DNA of 29,341 nucleotides from Burkholderiaceae bacterium (GTDB taxonomy: Bacteria > Pseudomonadota > Gammaproteobacteria > Burkholderiales > Burkholderiaceae_E): NCBI GenBank assembly GCA_041736455.1, contig JBGSTN010000455.1:1-29341 (forward strand), read 5' to 3'. Below the pieces are notes generated by a model. The model was not told the origin of the DNA, searched no databases, and saw nothing but the letters and a program-made list of their open reading frames with translations. The first letter of the stretch is position 1. Each line of letters starts with the position of its first letter. Of the stretch, positions 1-9,554 are shown in pieces. The position numbers were made by a program, and so were the translations under genes.

Positions 1-1
1 C

Positions 2-919
2 AATACCGATCCGCCTGCAACCGTACCGCAGCCCGTCACGGCACCGCCACCCGTGCCGACGGATCCGCTCGAACCGCCGCCCGCCCCGGGGCCGTCGCTT
101 TCAATTGCTGCCGATACCGGTGCCGGCGCAACGATCAATGGCCCCATTACCTACACGTTTACCTTCAGTGCGGCCGTCGACGGTTTCAGCGCCGGGGACA
201 TCGATGTGGCCGGCGGAACCGTGACGCGTTTCTCCGGCACCGGCGCGATCTACACCGCCGAAATAACACCGGATGCGGGACAGGAAGGACAGCTTTCGGT
301 CCAGGTGGGCGAGGGCGCGGCGAGCGGAACGCGTGGCGCAGGGAGTATGGGAGCAAGTGCAATCCCGATTGCGTTCGACCGCATCCGACCCGATCTGGAC
401 ATCTCGGACGACATCACCGGCGCCGCCAGCGGGCCGGTCGTATTCACTTTCACCTTCACAGAACCGGTGGTGGGTTTCACGATCGACGACATTTCGATCC
501 AGTCGTCCGGCGCCAACCCGGTGGTGGGTTCGCTAGAGCGGGTCGATGGGTCGACCTATACGCTGGCCGTATTGCCAGTGGCCGGGGACCCGGGCCTGTT
601 GCGCGTGTCGGTGGCGGACGATCGAGTGGAAGATGACGCCGGCAATGGCAACATCGCTTCGCTGCAGATTCAACCGTTCAGCGATTCGGGCGCGTCGCTC
701 GCGGCCGCTGATATTTTCGACGACCCTGCCGGGTACGGATCGGCAGTCCTCGCTCGACTCGTTTCGGACAACGATTCGACCGCTGGCATGGCACCAATGC
801 ATGAAGCGCCCGCATTCCGCGGCACGGTTGGCGCTCCGATGAGCATCGCGTCCTACGCGACAGTGGCGCCATTGGGCCCGGATCCCCTTGCGCAATCGCC
901 AGGGATCGAGGTGATCTGA
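2..919 (+). CDS. Bacterial Ig-like domain repeat protein (surface/secreted), 5'-truncated by the window edge
   Basis: The frame is open from nt 2 (NTDPPATVPQPVTAPPPVPTDPLEPPPAPGP, a Pro-rich linker), so the true start lies outside the window. Two similar Ig-like units follow: 'ITYTFTFSAAVDGFSAGDI..GGTV...SGTGAIYTAEITP' and 'VVFTFTFTEPVVGFTIDDI....GSL...DGSTYTLAVLP'. Confidence 0.75.
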   Translation, partial: NTDPPATVPQPVTAPPPVPTDPLEPPPAPGPSLSIAADTGAGATINGPITYTFTFSAAVDGFSAGDIDVAGGTVTRFSGTGAIYTAEITPDAGQEGQLSVQVGEGAASGTRGAGSMGASAIPIAFDRIRPDLDISDDITGAASGPVVFTFTFTEPVVGFTIDDISIQSSGANPVVGSLERVDGSTYTLAVLPVAGDPGLLRVSVADDRVEDDAGNGNIASLQIQPFSDSGASLAAADIFDDPAGYGSAVLARLVSDNDSTAGMAPMHEAPAFRGTVGAPMSIASYATVAPLGPDPLAQSPGIEVI

Positions 920-1067
920 ATACGGCACGGCTCGATTGCGGGCGCGAACGACCGAACACCGCTCGAGGGGAGAGTGGTGTTGGTAGTGGAGGTCGTTGCA
1001 GCACCGACGTGGACGCTTCGCCAATGTCGCACGATTCAGACTTGCGCGGAGAATGGCGACGCAGTGC

Positions 1068-1463
1068 TCATACCTTGAAGCGGTCGTCGACGGGCACCTG
1101 CATCGCCGTCATCATCCGATTACCTTCCGTGGCCAGGCCGATGACGTCGAGCAATTCGCCATACTGCGCATCGGTCATGCCCCTGTCTCGAGCGAAATGC
1201 GTGTGCGTGTGAATGCAGTACTCGCAGTTGTTCATGATCGACACCGTGAGGTAGATCAATTCCTTGGTCAGCGCGTCGAGTTCGCCGGGCGCCATCGTCT
1301 CTTTCGCCTTGAACCAGTTTCGCCTGAGCATTGCCGGATGATTGGCCATTGCGCGCCAAGAATTGTTCACGTAGTCGGTATTGCGGGTGCGGCGGATGTC
1401 GTCGAATACCTCGCGTGCCTGAGGGTCGGCCTGGTCGTCGGTCAGAATCTTCACGGTCGCCAT
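1068..1463 (-). CDS. Carboxymuconolactone decarboxylase / AhpD-family protein (peroxidase-like)
   Basis: 131 aa with 'LDALTKELIYLTVSIMNNCEYCIHTH', the AhpD-type E..CxxC..H motif. GGAG lies upstream of the ATG. Confidence 0.85.
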   Translation of the reverse strand: MATVKILTDDQADPQAREVFDDIRRTRNTDYVNNSWRAMANHPAMLRRNWFKAKETMAPGELDALTKELIYLTVSIMNNCEYCIHTHTHFARDRGMTDAQYGELLDVIGLATEGNRMMTAMQVPVDDRFKV

Positions 1464-1525
1464 TGTCTGTCTCCATATTTGAATTTGACTCGAAGCGGAC
1501 GATTTTTTCGGCAGATCGGCGCCCC

Positions 1526-2671
1526 TCAGTCGGTCGGGTCGGTCGAGCGCAGGCCACGCGCATCGGACAGGAAATCACCGAGTGTACCCAGCCGATCGAC
1601 GTGTGCACAGACGACTCGCAATGCCGCCAGCAGAGGCACCGCGATCACCGCACCGATGGTGCCCCAGAGCCAGGCCCCGATGCCCAGCGCGACCAGGATC
1701 ACCACCGAATTCAGGGCGAGGCGGCGTCCGACCAGCCAGGGCGTCACGAAACTGCCCTCGATCGCCGACACGGCCAGATAGCCCAGTGCAGCCGTGACTG
1801 CCGTGGAGAGCTGATCGCTTGCCACCAGAGCTACCGTCGCAACCACCACGGTGCCAATCAATGCGCCGACATAAGGGATGAAATTGAGGAACGCGGCCAT
1901 GACGCCCCACAGAACCGGGTTGGGCAGGTCCAACATCCAGATGATCGCGCCGATCGCCACGCCCACCCCGGCGTTGATCATCGTAATCGTGAGCAAATAG
2001 ACGGACAATTCCTGTTCGACCGCGTACATCATCGTCAGGGCGCGCTTCTTGTCGGTCATGGTCGGCATGAGCCTGACCAGCTTGTTGTAGAACAGGGTTC
2101 CCGACGCGAGCAGAAAAAACGCGAGCATCAGCGTGACCGCAGCGGAGGTCACGGTCGACAACAGGTCGGTGGCCGCCGAGGCAATCAGCGCCGGTTGCTG
2201 CACGACGACCTTCTGAATGTCTCCCGCAGCGTCGTCGGCCATGGCCTCGACCCGTTTCGATGCCTCGATCACCTCGACCATCGGTTTACGCAAGGCCTGC
2301 CAGTGCTTCTTGACGTGGGCGCTGGCCTGCGGCAATCGGTCGGTCCATTCGCTGAAGGAACCACTCAGGCCATAGACTCCGGCAACCCCCACCGCGAGCA
2401 TGGACAGCATCAGCGCGAAGGCCGTCAGCGGCGGGGGAATCCGCCGGCGCGCGAGGAATCGGACAATCGGCGAGAGGGTGAGGGAAACCAGGATCGCCAC
2501 CGCGATCGGCATGAACAGGTCCTTGCCGAAAAAGAGCGCGGCACTGGCCGCCACCGCGGCGATGATCCCCAGGGGCACGGTGATTGCGTGACCCGGTTTC
2601 CACGGTGGCGGCCTCGCCCCGACGGAACCCGCTGCGTCGAGGTCTGGAGCCTCGGGAGTCGAATCGTTCAT
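1526..2671 (-). CDS. AI-2E family transporter (PerM/UPF0118)
   Basis: 381 aa, multi-TM, with family-typical 'LWGVMAAFLNFIPYVGALIG', 'IEGSFVTPWLVGRRLALN' and 'WLWGTIGAVIAVPLLA'. AGGAGG SD upstream. Confidence 0.9.
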   Translation of the reverse strand: MNDSTPEAPDLDAAGSVGARPPPWKPGHAITVPLGIIAAVAASAALFFGKDLFMPIAVAILVSLTLSPIVRFLARRRIPPPLTAFALMLSMLAVGVAGVYGLSGSFSEWTDRLPQASAHVKKHWQALRKPMVEVIEASKRVEAMADDAAGDIQKVVVQQPALIASAATDLLSTVTSAAVTLMLAFFLLASGTLFYNKLVRLMPTMTDKKRALTMMYAVEQELSVYLLTITMINAGVGVAIGAIIWMLDLPNPVLWGVMAAFLNFIPYVGALIGTVVVATVALVASDQLSTAVTAALGYLAVSAIEGSFVTPWLVGRRLALNSVVILVALGIGAWLWGTIGAVIAVPLLAALRVVCAHVDRLGTLGDFLSDARGLRSTDPTD

Positions 2672-2798
2672 CTTGCCTCCTTCTTTGGACGGCTGAATCT
2701 CCCCCTATGACGACGGGCAGTCAAGCGAATCGACGAGAAGGGTGGCCCCGCCACGACGTGGGCGCCTGGCATCGATGGCCGAGATCACGAGCAGGCGC

Positions 2799-3605
2799 TC
2801 AGTCTCCAAATCGAGGCCGATCCCAACTTGAATCTCGACGCTTGAAGGCAGCCGCAAGTTGAGTCTGTGGCCATCCTCTTCGGCGACCGCGCATGGCTTG
2901 ACGAATGCGAGAGGCGGCGTGACTCACGCCTCCCACGCTTTGGATCACTCTGATGGAACGCGTGCCGACGTCCAGGGCGACGGTCAAGTAGGGCCGTCCG
3001 ATAGGGGCTCGATACAGATCGTCCACGACTATCACGTCGGAAACTGTGTGGTCGATTTGAACGACATCAAGGGCATGATGAACGGAATGCGTTCCCGGCT
3101 TGTTTTGATAGGTGGGTCGGGCGACGAGGGCCTCTTGCCAGCGGCGAGTAATCGTGCGGCGCGACGTAGCGGCGAAACGGTTGAGACGACAGACACGAGC
3201 GACTTCGTTGACCAGGTAGACATTTCGAAGCAGGCGCGGCCGTCGAATTCATTTTGCAATCACCTCGTCGAGCAGACGGTTCTGAAGCAGAGAAAGTCGA
3301 CGGGCGCCTTTCGGGATCCTGCGTCGTTCGCTGTTCGTCACACTCGTCGTCAGACCCGAAGAGCTTGATCGGCGACGACATCGATACACCGTCGTCCAGT
3401 GAACATTCAGATGCGATGCAATACGTCGAGCAGTCTCTTTCGACATCGGGCCACTACCGACGCTGCGAAGCATTGCGGCTTGCCGAGACAGCCCGTCCAG
3501 ACTCGCATCAGGGATCGCTTCGAGATGATTCTGCGCGCGACGCGGCGGAGCCGAAATGACATTCTCGTGCCTGGATTTTCTGCGGTGTATCGGTGCGACT
3601 TCCAC
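2799..3605 (-). pseudogene. Relic of a TniA/TnsB (Mu/Tn7/Tn5053-like) DDE transposase
   Basis: One reading frame from 3605 to 2799, broken by a TGA at 3249-3251. It encodes an N-terminal HTH-like segment ('IASHLNVHWTTVYR') and 'ALDVVQIDHTVSDVIVVDDLYRAPIGRPYLTVALDVGTRSI', the first-Asp catalytic motif of TniA/TnsB. Recognisable similarity stops after this motif. Confidence 0.75.
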
Positions 3606-3749
3606 TGATGACTTGGTAGCAGATATATCGCCCTAAACTTGGACGGATACAACTGAATGAACAGTCGCGGCAGGGTGAATGAATAGACGTTATCGACGCT
3701 GGATCAATAAGTTAGAGACGACTCTCCATTGGCAGTCGGTGCCCCGCCA

Positions 3750-4070
3750 TTAGCATGATTGGAATGCGCCATATTCGATAAAGGCTGCTTGCACAGCTTG
3801 CAAGGTGCCGTCAGAAGTTGCCAAGCCTTCGACGATCGTGACCGTCCGCCCGCTTGACTGTGCCGCGAGCGTCAAGCAGTTCAGCACCCTCTGCCCATCC
3901 AGATGCATGGTGCACGCGCTGCATTGACCCTGATCGCACCCTTTCTTGGTGCCGTAATGGCCGACATGGTCGCGCAGTGCATCGAGCGGAGTCACGCTGG
4001 TGCCAAGTCGCAGCGCATGCCGCTTGCTATCGACGTTGACGTTGAGTTTGACGGGTCGATGAGCTTCCAT
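3750..4070 (-). pseudogene. Truncated (2Fe-2S)-binding small subunit of a xanthine dehydrogenase/aldehyde oxidoreductase (PaoA/YagT-like)
   Basis: 'GTKKGCDQGQCSACT.....RVLNCLTLA...GRTVTIVEGLA..GTLQAVQAAF...GAFQSC*'. The first cluster motif is present. The protein stops where the family continues 'QCGYC..G', and no FAD or Mo subunit genes follow. Confidence 0.75.
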
Positions 4071-4254
4071 GTCGTGGGTACTCTTCAAGTGGTGGATGCG
4101 GAACGTTGCTAAGCCACGCGCCGGCATCGGCGCCGGCGAATGCGCGCAACTGGAATCGGCGGAGGGAGACAAATTCGCAAAGGTCGTGCCCAGCGGCGCG
4201 GTTTTGACGTTGGCGTCCACCCCAGAAGTCACCGCTGCGCGCCAGACTTGCGCG

Positions 4255-5079
4255 TCAGTCCACCGCAGCTGCAAGCGCCGCTGATTGTTCCAAGTCCGCC
4301 TGCAGGCGCTCGAGCTTCTGCGCCACCCATTCCTGTGAGTCCGCTCCGAAGAGAAAGCGCGCAGGGACGGTCGAGCCACTGGCCAGCCTGACGATATGAG
4401 CTGCCAGATCCGCCGGGTCGTTCGCCTGCCGATGGTTGGCGCCGGCAATATACGCCTCGAACCCGGCTGCGGCCTCTGCGTAGTCGGCGACCGGTATATC
4501 GCCGTGGCGAGCGGAACTGGGATCGAGAAAATCCGTGCGCAGCATGCCCGGCTCGACGACGAGCGAGCGGACGCCAAAGGGTGCGAGCTCTTCGGCCAGC
4601 CCCTCAATCCATCCTTCGACGGCAAATTTCGACGCTGAGTACAGTGTCCCGCCGGCATTCGAAACCAGCCCGCTTGCCGACGAGATCGTCACGATCAAAC
4701 CCGACCTGGCGGCGCGCATGCCGGGCAGCACGGCGCGGGTCACAGCCATCGGGCCAAATACATTGACGTCGAACTGGCGCCGCGCGGCGCTCTCGCTCAC
4801 CATCTCGAAGTAACCGAGCTGGGCTTGCCCCGCATTGTTGACCAGTACGTCGATCGCACCCGCGCAGGCGGCCGCTTGCGCCAGGGCCCGGTCGATGCTC
4901 GCCTGGTCGGTGATGTCCATCTCGACGCGATGCAGCGTCCCGGCAGTTGTAGCCTGCAGGCCGGCCAAGTCGACGCGGGAACGTGCCGTCGCGACGACGG
5001 TATGACCGGCATCGAGTGCATGCAGAGCGATCTCGCGTCCAAGTCCCCGGCTGGCACCAGTAATCAACCATGTCGTCAT
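4255..5079 (-). CDS. SDR family oxidoreductase
   Basis: 274 aa with TGASRGLG (TGxxxGxG), VNNAG, catalytic Ser ('ISSASG') and YSASK (YxxxK). GGAGG SD upstream. Confidence 0.93.
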   Translation of the reverse strand: MTTWLITGASRGLGREIALHALDAGHTVVATARSRVDLAGLQATTAGTLHRVEMDITDQASIDRALAQAAACAGAIDVLVNNAGQAQLGYFEMVSESAARRQFDVNVFGPMAVTRAVLPGMRAARSGLIVTISSASGLVSNAGGTLYSASKFAVEGWIEGLAEELAPFGVRSLVVEPGMLRTDFLDPSSARHGDIPVADYAEAAAGFEAYIAGANHRQANDPADLAAHIVRLASGSTVPARFLFGADSQEWVAQKLERLQADLEQSAALAAAVD

Positions 5080-5101
5080 TCAGAACCTCCATTCATTGAT
5101 C

Positions 5102-5153
5102 TAGGCACCCATCATAAGCCGTGATAATGGCGGTGATAAGATGGGTGCTCCTA
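5102..5153. promoter_or_regulatory. Candidate LysR operator region between divergent SDR and LysR genes
   Basis: 9-bp inverted repeat GCACCCATC (5105-5113) / GATGGGTGC (5140-5148) enclosing two direct GTGATAA repeats (5121-5127, 5133-5139), in the 100-nt divergent intergenic gap. Confidence 0.45.
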
Positions 5154-5179
5154 AACGAGCTCATTAGCGCGGCTACTCA

Positions 5180-6079
5180 ATGAGGATCGATCAACTGAAT
5201 GATCTGGCGGTATTCCGGGTCGTCGCGGCGGAGCGCGGCTTTACCCGCGCCGCTGTGAGGTTAGGCGTGACGCAGTCTGCGTTGAGCCAGACGTTGAAAC
5301 GTCTGGAGGCGGAACTCGGCGTCAAGCTGCTGGTGCGCACGACACGCAGCGTGGCGCCGACGTTCGCCGGTGAACAACTGCTGGCGACGCTGGACCCGGC
5401 CATGGCCGACATTGCCGCGTCGCTGGATGCACTCAAGAGCCAGCGCGACAAGCCCGGCGGAACGATACGCGTCACCACCGGGAAGCACGCAGCCGACACG
5501 GTCCTGTGGCCCGCCTTGGGGGAACTGTTGCCGCGCCATCCGGATATCCACATGGAGGTCAGCGTCGACAACAGTCATGTGGATATCGTCGCGGAGCGCT
5601 TCGACGCCGGCATCCGGCTTGGCGAGCGGCTCGAGCGTGACATGGTGGGCATCCCCGTCGGTCCGGCGCTGCGCATGGCTGTCGTCGGTTCGCCGGCCTA
5701 TTTCTCCCTGCACGGGCGACCGCAGGCGCCGGCCGACCTGCGCGACCATCGATGCATCTGCTTCATGCGCCGCGATGGCGCAATACCGGCCTGGGAGTTC
5801 GAGAGGGACGGACGCAAAATTGCCATCAAGGCAGCCGGAGGCGCCGTGTTCAATGATGGCGACTTGCTGATCAAGGCTGCAACGGCAGGCTTGGGCATCA
5901 GCTACATCATGGAAGATCAGGTCGTCGCAGCGCTGGCACGGGGCGATCTTGAACGCGTGCTGGAAGATTGGTGCATGCCATTTGCCGGTTACTACCTGTT
6001 CTACCCGAACAGGCGGCATCCGATGTTGGCGTTCACGATGTTTGTCGCGGCGCTGGTGGCCAGGCGCGACAAGCAATAA
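5180..6079 (+). CDS. LysR family transcriptional regulator (DmlR/PtxR-like)
   Basis: 299 aa with N-terminal HTH 'FTRAAVRLGVTQSALSQTLKRLEAELGVKLLVRTTRSVAPT' and a typical substrate domain ('VDIVAERFDAGIRLGE', 'GLGISYI'). Confidence 0.95.
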   Translation: MRIDQLNDLAVFRVVAAERGFTRAAVRLGVTQSALSQTLKRLEAELGVKLLVRTTRSVAPTFAGEQLLATLDPAMADIAASLDALKSQRDKPGGTIRVTTGKHAADTVLWPALGELLPRHPDIHMEVSVDNSHVDIVAERFDAGIRLGERLERDMVGIPVGPALRMAVVGSPAYFSLHGRPQAPADLRDHRCICFMRRDGAIPAWEFERDGRKIAIKAAGGAVFNDGDLLIKAATAGLGISYIMEDQVVAALARGDLERVLEDWCMPFAGYYLFYPNRRHPMLAFTMFVAALVARRDKQ

Positions 6080-6089
6080 GCCCTTCCTC

Positions 6090-6580
6090 GCGCGGACGGG
6101 ATGGGCATCGTTCGCAGCACAGGCCGAACAATCGGATCTTCGCCCGGAGGCGACAGCAGGCGCACCACGAAGTCGTGAACGGCTGAGCGGCTTCCTGTGT
6201 AGTCGCGAGTTCGAATCTCATGCCATATCGGTGCGGGACAGCGGCAGCCGTTTCCGATTCGCGCCTCGATGAACTCTCGGTGCTCATCGAGCGGGGTTGG
6301 TCCGCGAACTCGCGGGGCGTGTTCCGGAAAACTCCCCGCGAAAATGAACTTGCGCCCCGTCGGCTGGCTGATCCCGAGGGTGCGCGCGATGGGCTTCATT
6401 TTGTGGCCCTGCCCATGCAGCTCCATGACCTTCTCGTACAGAGCCAGCCGAGCCGCTCGCCGATCGTCGCTCAAGCGCTGCCAGCTGCGAAGTGCTGCGC
6501 TGGGTAGCAGAGCTTGCCGCCCCATCGAGACGTTGGTGAATTCCACCAGCTGGGCCACCTGCCGGCGCTGCTGTCCGATT
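6090..6580 (-). mobile_element. ISL3-family transposase internal fragment (pseudogene)
   Basis: 'RRAARLALYEKVMELHGQGHKMKPIARTLGISQPTGRKFIFAGSFPE...TPLDEHREFIEARIGNGCRCPAPIWHEIRTRDYTGSRSAVHDFV' matches the internal HTH region of large ISL3 transposases. No start or catalytic C-terminus is seen; boundaries are approximate. Confidence 0.7.
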
Positions 6581-6997
6581 CGATGCAGCGTTCTCTGACC
6601 GCTTGAATCCACCACTGTCATTCTCAATGGATATCGACATCCGAAGCGGGCGCTGCGCTGTCCTCGCGATCCTCCGGGTGGCCGTGAAACTGCATTGTCG
6701 AGGTGTACTGCACGAACATCACGCAACGAATCATTTTCATCCTGGTCATCGGTTCAGTTCATGACGCTGTTCGAGGCTGACACCGCAGTCGATTCCTTTT
6801 GCAATTAACCGGGTCTCATTGCCAAGAATGGGCGCTGGCGCGTCGCCGACGTTTGGTGCAGCGCGACGGACGATCTGACGACTGGCTCCTCTTTGAGACG
6901 TCGCTTGACCCCACGGGGACTGATCGTTTCGCGTCGCACCCCCATTGCCTGGGAACATTAATTGCAGCATTGAAAGTATGACGTTAAGGAGATTTCG

Positions 6998-7195
6998 ATG
7001 AATCACGATATCCCGGGGCGCAAGCCCCCTCGCGCTGCGCCGTTGCAACCTGACCGCCCTTTACAGCAGTCGGATCACGAAAGTTCCTCGGTCGAATCCA
7101 GCGACAAAGCCAAAGCCAAAGCTGATGCGAAAGCGGCGCACAAGCACCGGGTTCAATCGGACACTGCGGTGGAAAACACGTCGGACTATGATTGA
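6998..7195 (+). CDS. Small hydrophilic hypothetical protein (65 aa)
   Basis: Strong SD (TAAGGAG) a few nt before the ATG; low-complexity charged sequence; no family recognised. Confidence 0.45.
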   Translation: MNHDIPGRKPPRAAPLQPDRPLQQSDHESSSVESSDKAKAKADAKAAHKHRVQSDTAVENTSDYD

Positions 7196-7773
7196 ACGCG
7201 CCAGTGTTGATTTCCGTCAAAAATGTCAGTTATGTCCGCCGCAGCCTGGCCAGCAAGGCGATGTTTGCATTCGTATCGTCCGGAACGAACCGGGTTGGAG
7301 ATGCATGACGCGCCGGCGTTAGGCGAGCGCACGGTCAGTGGGCGAGTTGCCAATACTGTACGCAGGCATCGTCTTGATCCGCATGTGCTGTTCAAGCAGT
7401 CGCTGAGTCTATTCAATGTTCCGGCGATCGCCGTCGCTGAGTTTGAATGCCCTGCTATGACGTTTGTCGAGCGCGCCGGCCAGGAACGAGGCGCAGTTCG
7501 GGCAGCCAAAAGGGTAGGGCGCACTTCCGACGTCGAACCGGTACGGAATGCGGTGCTGGCATACCGGACATCTGGAATGGCCGATTGGACAATCGAACAG
7601 GTAGGCGCGGAAATGAAAACGCGGTCAGCAATGGTCAATCGGGTTCCCCACTAGTTCGAACGGACACCGTCGTACGCTGGCGGCTGCGGTCACTGCAGAC
7701 AATGCTTCAAGCGGTAGATCCGTCACTCGGGGGGAGCTCACTGGGTCCCTTCCGATTCGCCGGGCTGGCGCCC

Positions 7774-8919
7774 TCACTGTGTCCGAGAGGTAGCGTCGGA
7801 GGCCACCCGCGGTAGCACAATCGTAAACACCGTTCGCACAACGTCGGAGCGAACGTCGATTTCGCCGCCATGTGCTCGGACAATCTCCCTGGCGATAAAT
7901 AGCCCCAGGCCCAGACTTCCGTCGTCAGGTGTGGCGGCACCAAGGTTCATTCCGCGCCTGAGCGGCTCAAATATGTGGGCAATGAATTCCACCTGAATCG
8001 GCGGGCCAACATTGCTTACGACGAGTGTGACCGTCTCGTCCGCACCGGCGAGAGCCACGTCGATGGGTTGGCCCGCCTCGCCGTACTTCAAGGCGTTGAT
8101 GACTAGGTTGGCCAGCACTTGGCGCAGTCGGTTAGCGTCCCACGAACCCTGAAGGTTACCTTCAGATTTCAAACGCAACTCGCGACCAGCGTTGGAGGCT
8201 TGGAGGAGCTCGACTTCTTCAGTGACCACTGTTCCCAGGTCGCAAGCGACGGGAGAAATGCGAATGCCGACGCCGAGGTTCGAGCGATTGAAATCAACGA
8301 GGTCGTCCAACAGTGCCTGTATACGCGCGCCGCTGCTGATGAGCTTCCCAGCAGCATTCGAGACGGCGGCCCCGGCGTTAATCATCCCCAGATAATTAGC
8401 CGTCACCACGACGGTTTGCAGAGGATTTCGCATATCGTGCGCTAGCATGCCCAGCAACAAATTGCGCGAACGCTCTAGTTCAATTGAAAAGGAGCGGACG
8501 GACTCGGTCAGCGACTGGTCGATGGCTTCGTTGAACCGGATGGTGTCGTCCACTTCGATGGCAGTGGGGAATTCTGAGGCCGTCCACAGGCGAAGAACGC
8601 TCGCCCGCAGTGCTCGGTACTCGGCCACCATCTCGTTTATGTTGAACCCGCTGCGAGCGCGCATGAGGGCGTGCGTTTGAGCGGCCGTCTCGGGCGCATC
8701 ACGTACAACTGGCGCGTTACCTTGCGACTTCAGCAACTGCTCGTCATCCGTCTGGGTTGTGGCCAAGTCTTTGGCGATAGCTTCAAGCATCTACGGTGCA
8801 TGGTCGCGAATCGCATCGCGGCTCATGTGCACGCTCACCGGCGTGACCGCCGCAGCGAACGCGTCCCACTCGGCTAAAATCGCTTCGCGATTCGCGAGAA
8901 TGAACTCGTGGAGTCTCAC
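7774..8919 (-). pseudogene. Cytoplasmic sensor histidine kinase (N-terminal helical sensor-like region + HisKA + HATPase) with an in-frame TAG
   Basis: GTG at 8919 with GGAGG SD gives 'MRLHEFILANREAILAEWDAFA...RDHAP', then TAG (8791-8793), then in-frame 'MLEAIAKDL'. Downstream are H-box 'LAHDMRNPL', N-box 'QVLANLVINALKYG', 'VSNVGPPI' and G2 'GSLGLGLFIAREIVRAHGG'. Confidence 0.85.
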
Positions 8920-9554
8920 CCCGCCTCCATCGATAGTAGAAAAATTGCTCACAGTTGCCGCGTGGGTAATGTATTCCAAGCCTAGGACTTTGTCTGCCGC
9001 GAACCTTGCTCCGTATGAGACCGGCCTACGTTGCGTCAAGAGAGGTAGCGTGGCCGGCCGGACAGCCCTGCGTGTGCCGGTGTGCCCGACCTGCGCCAGT
9101 GCGCAAAATTCTCGTTAGCCCGGCCGACCGGAGCGCTGTCGTCGATTGACGAAGTCAATCTTTTCGTGAAAGTCCAAGTGAGTAGGAACGTCGTGAGCAG
9201 GCCCATCATCAGTGGTCCCCTGCGCCAGTCCAGGTGGCGAGACCGCCGACCAGAGACAGGCAATCTGCTCAAGTGTTTGACGCCGAAATATTGATGGGCA
9301 TACAGTAAGTGATGACCCTGGTCGCATTACTGGTTCCATGGTCGTTGGCGGTAACTACGTATGTTGATATCCATTGAGGCTGGGCAAAACGATCTGGGGA
9401 GACCGATGCATGGTCTGCCCCGACATTAGAAGTGTCGATTTGAGTGAAGACAAGAAATGCGTTCGCGCCGATGCATCCGGCCTGTCGTTGTGGATTATTG
9501 CCGATGGCTTCGATGGAACGTGCAAACCCCGGACCCCATCAAGCAATCAGTCAT

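Noticed and set aside
1331-2710. 459-aa plus-strand ORF (also 24098-25297 and 5261-6076 on the minus strand)
   Set aside because: Antisense shadows of well-supported genes (AI-2E transporter, hpsN, LysR), Arg/His-rich with no domain features.
3750-4658. 302-aa ORF read as an SDR/2Fe-2S fusion
   Set aside because: Its first ~195 aa overlap the SDR in another frame and are nonsense-like; only 4070-3750 is the 2Fe-2S fragment.
7223-7654. 143-aa ORF between the small protein and the kinase
   Set aside because: No family motif is recognised and the SD spacing at its internal ATG is poor; it cannot be supported without homology search.
8791-8793. Stop-codon reassignment or pyrrolysine at the kinase TAG
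   Set aside because: TAG terminates well-defined genes elsewhere in the window (19316, 20898), and no pyl genes are present.
9040-9550. Short ORFs and AT-richer DNA between the kinase and the IS3 relic (similarly 10620-11190 and 17700-18100)
   Set aside because: No coherent coding motif, tRNA-like fold or repeat could be identified by eye.
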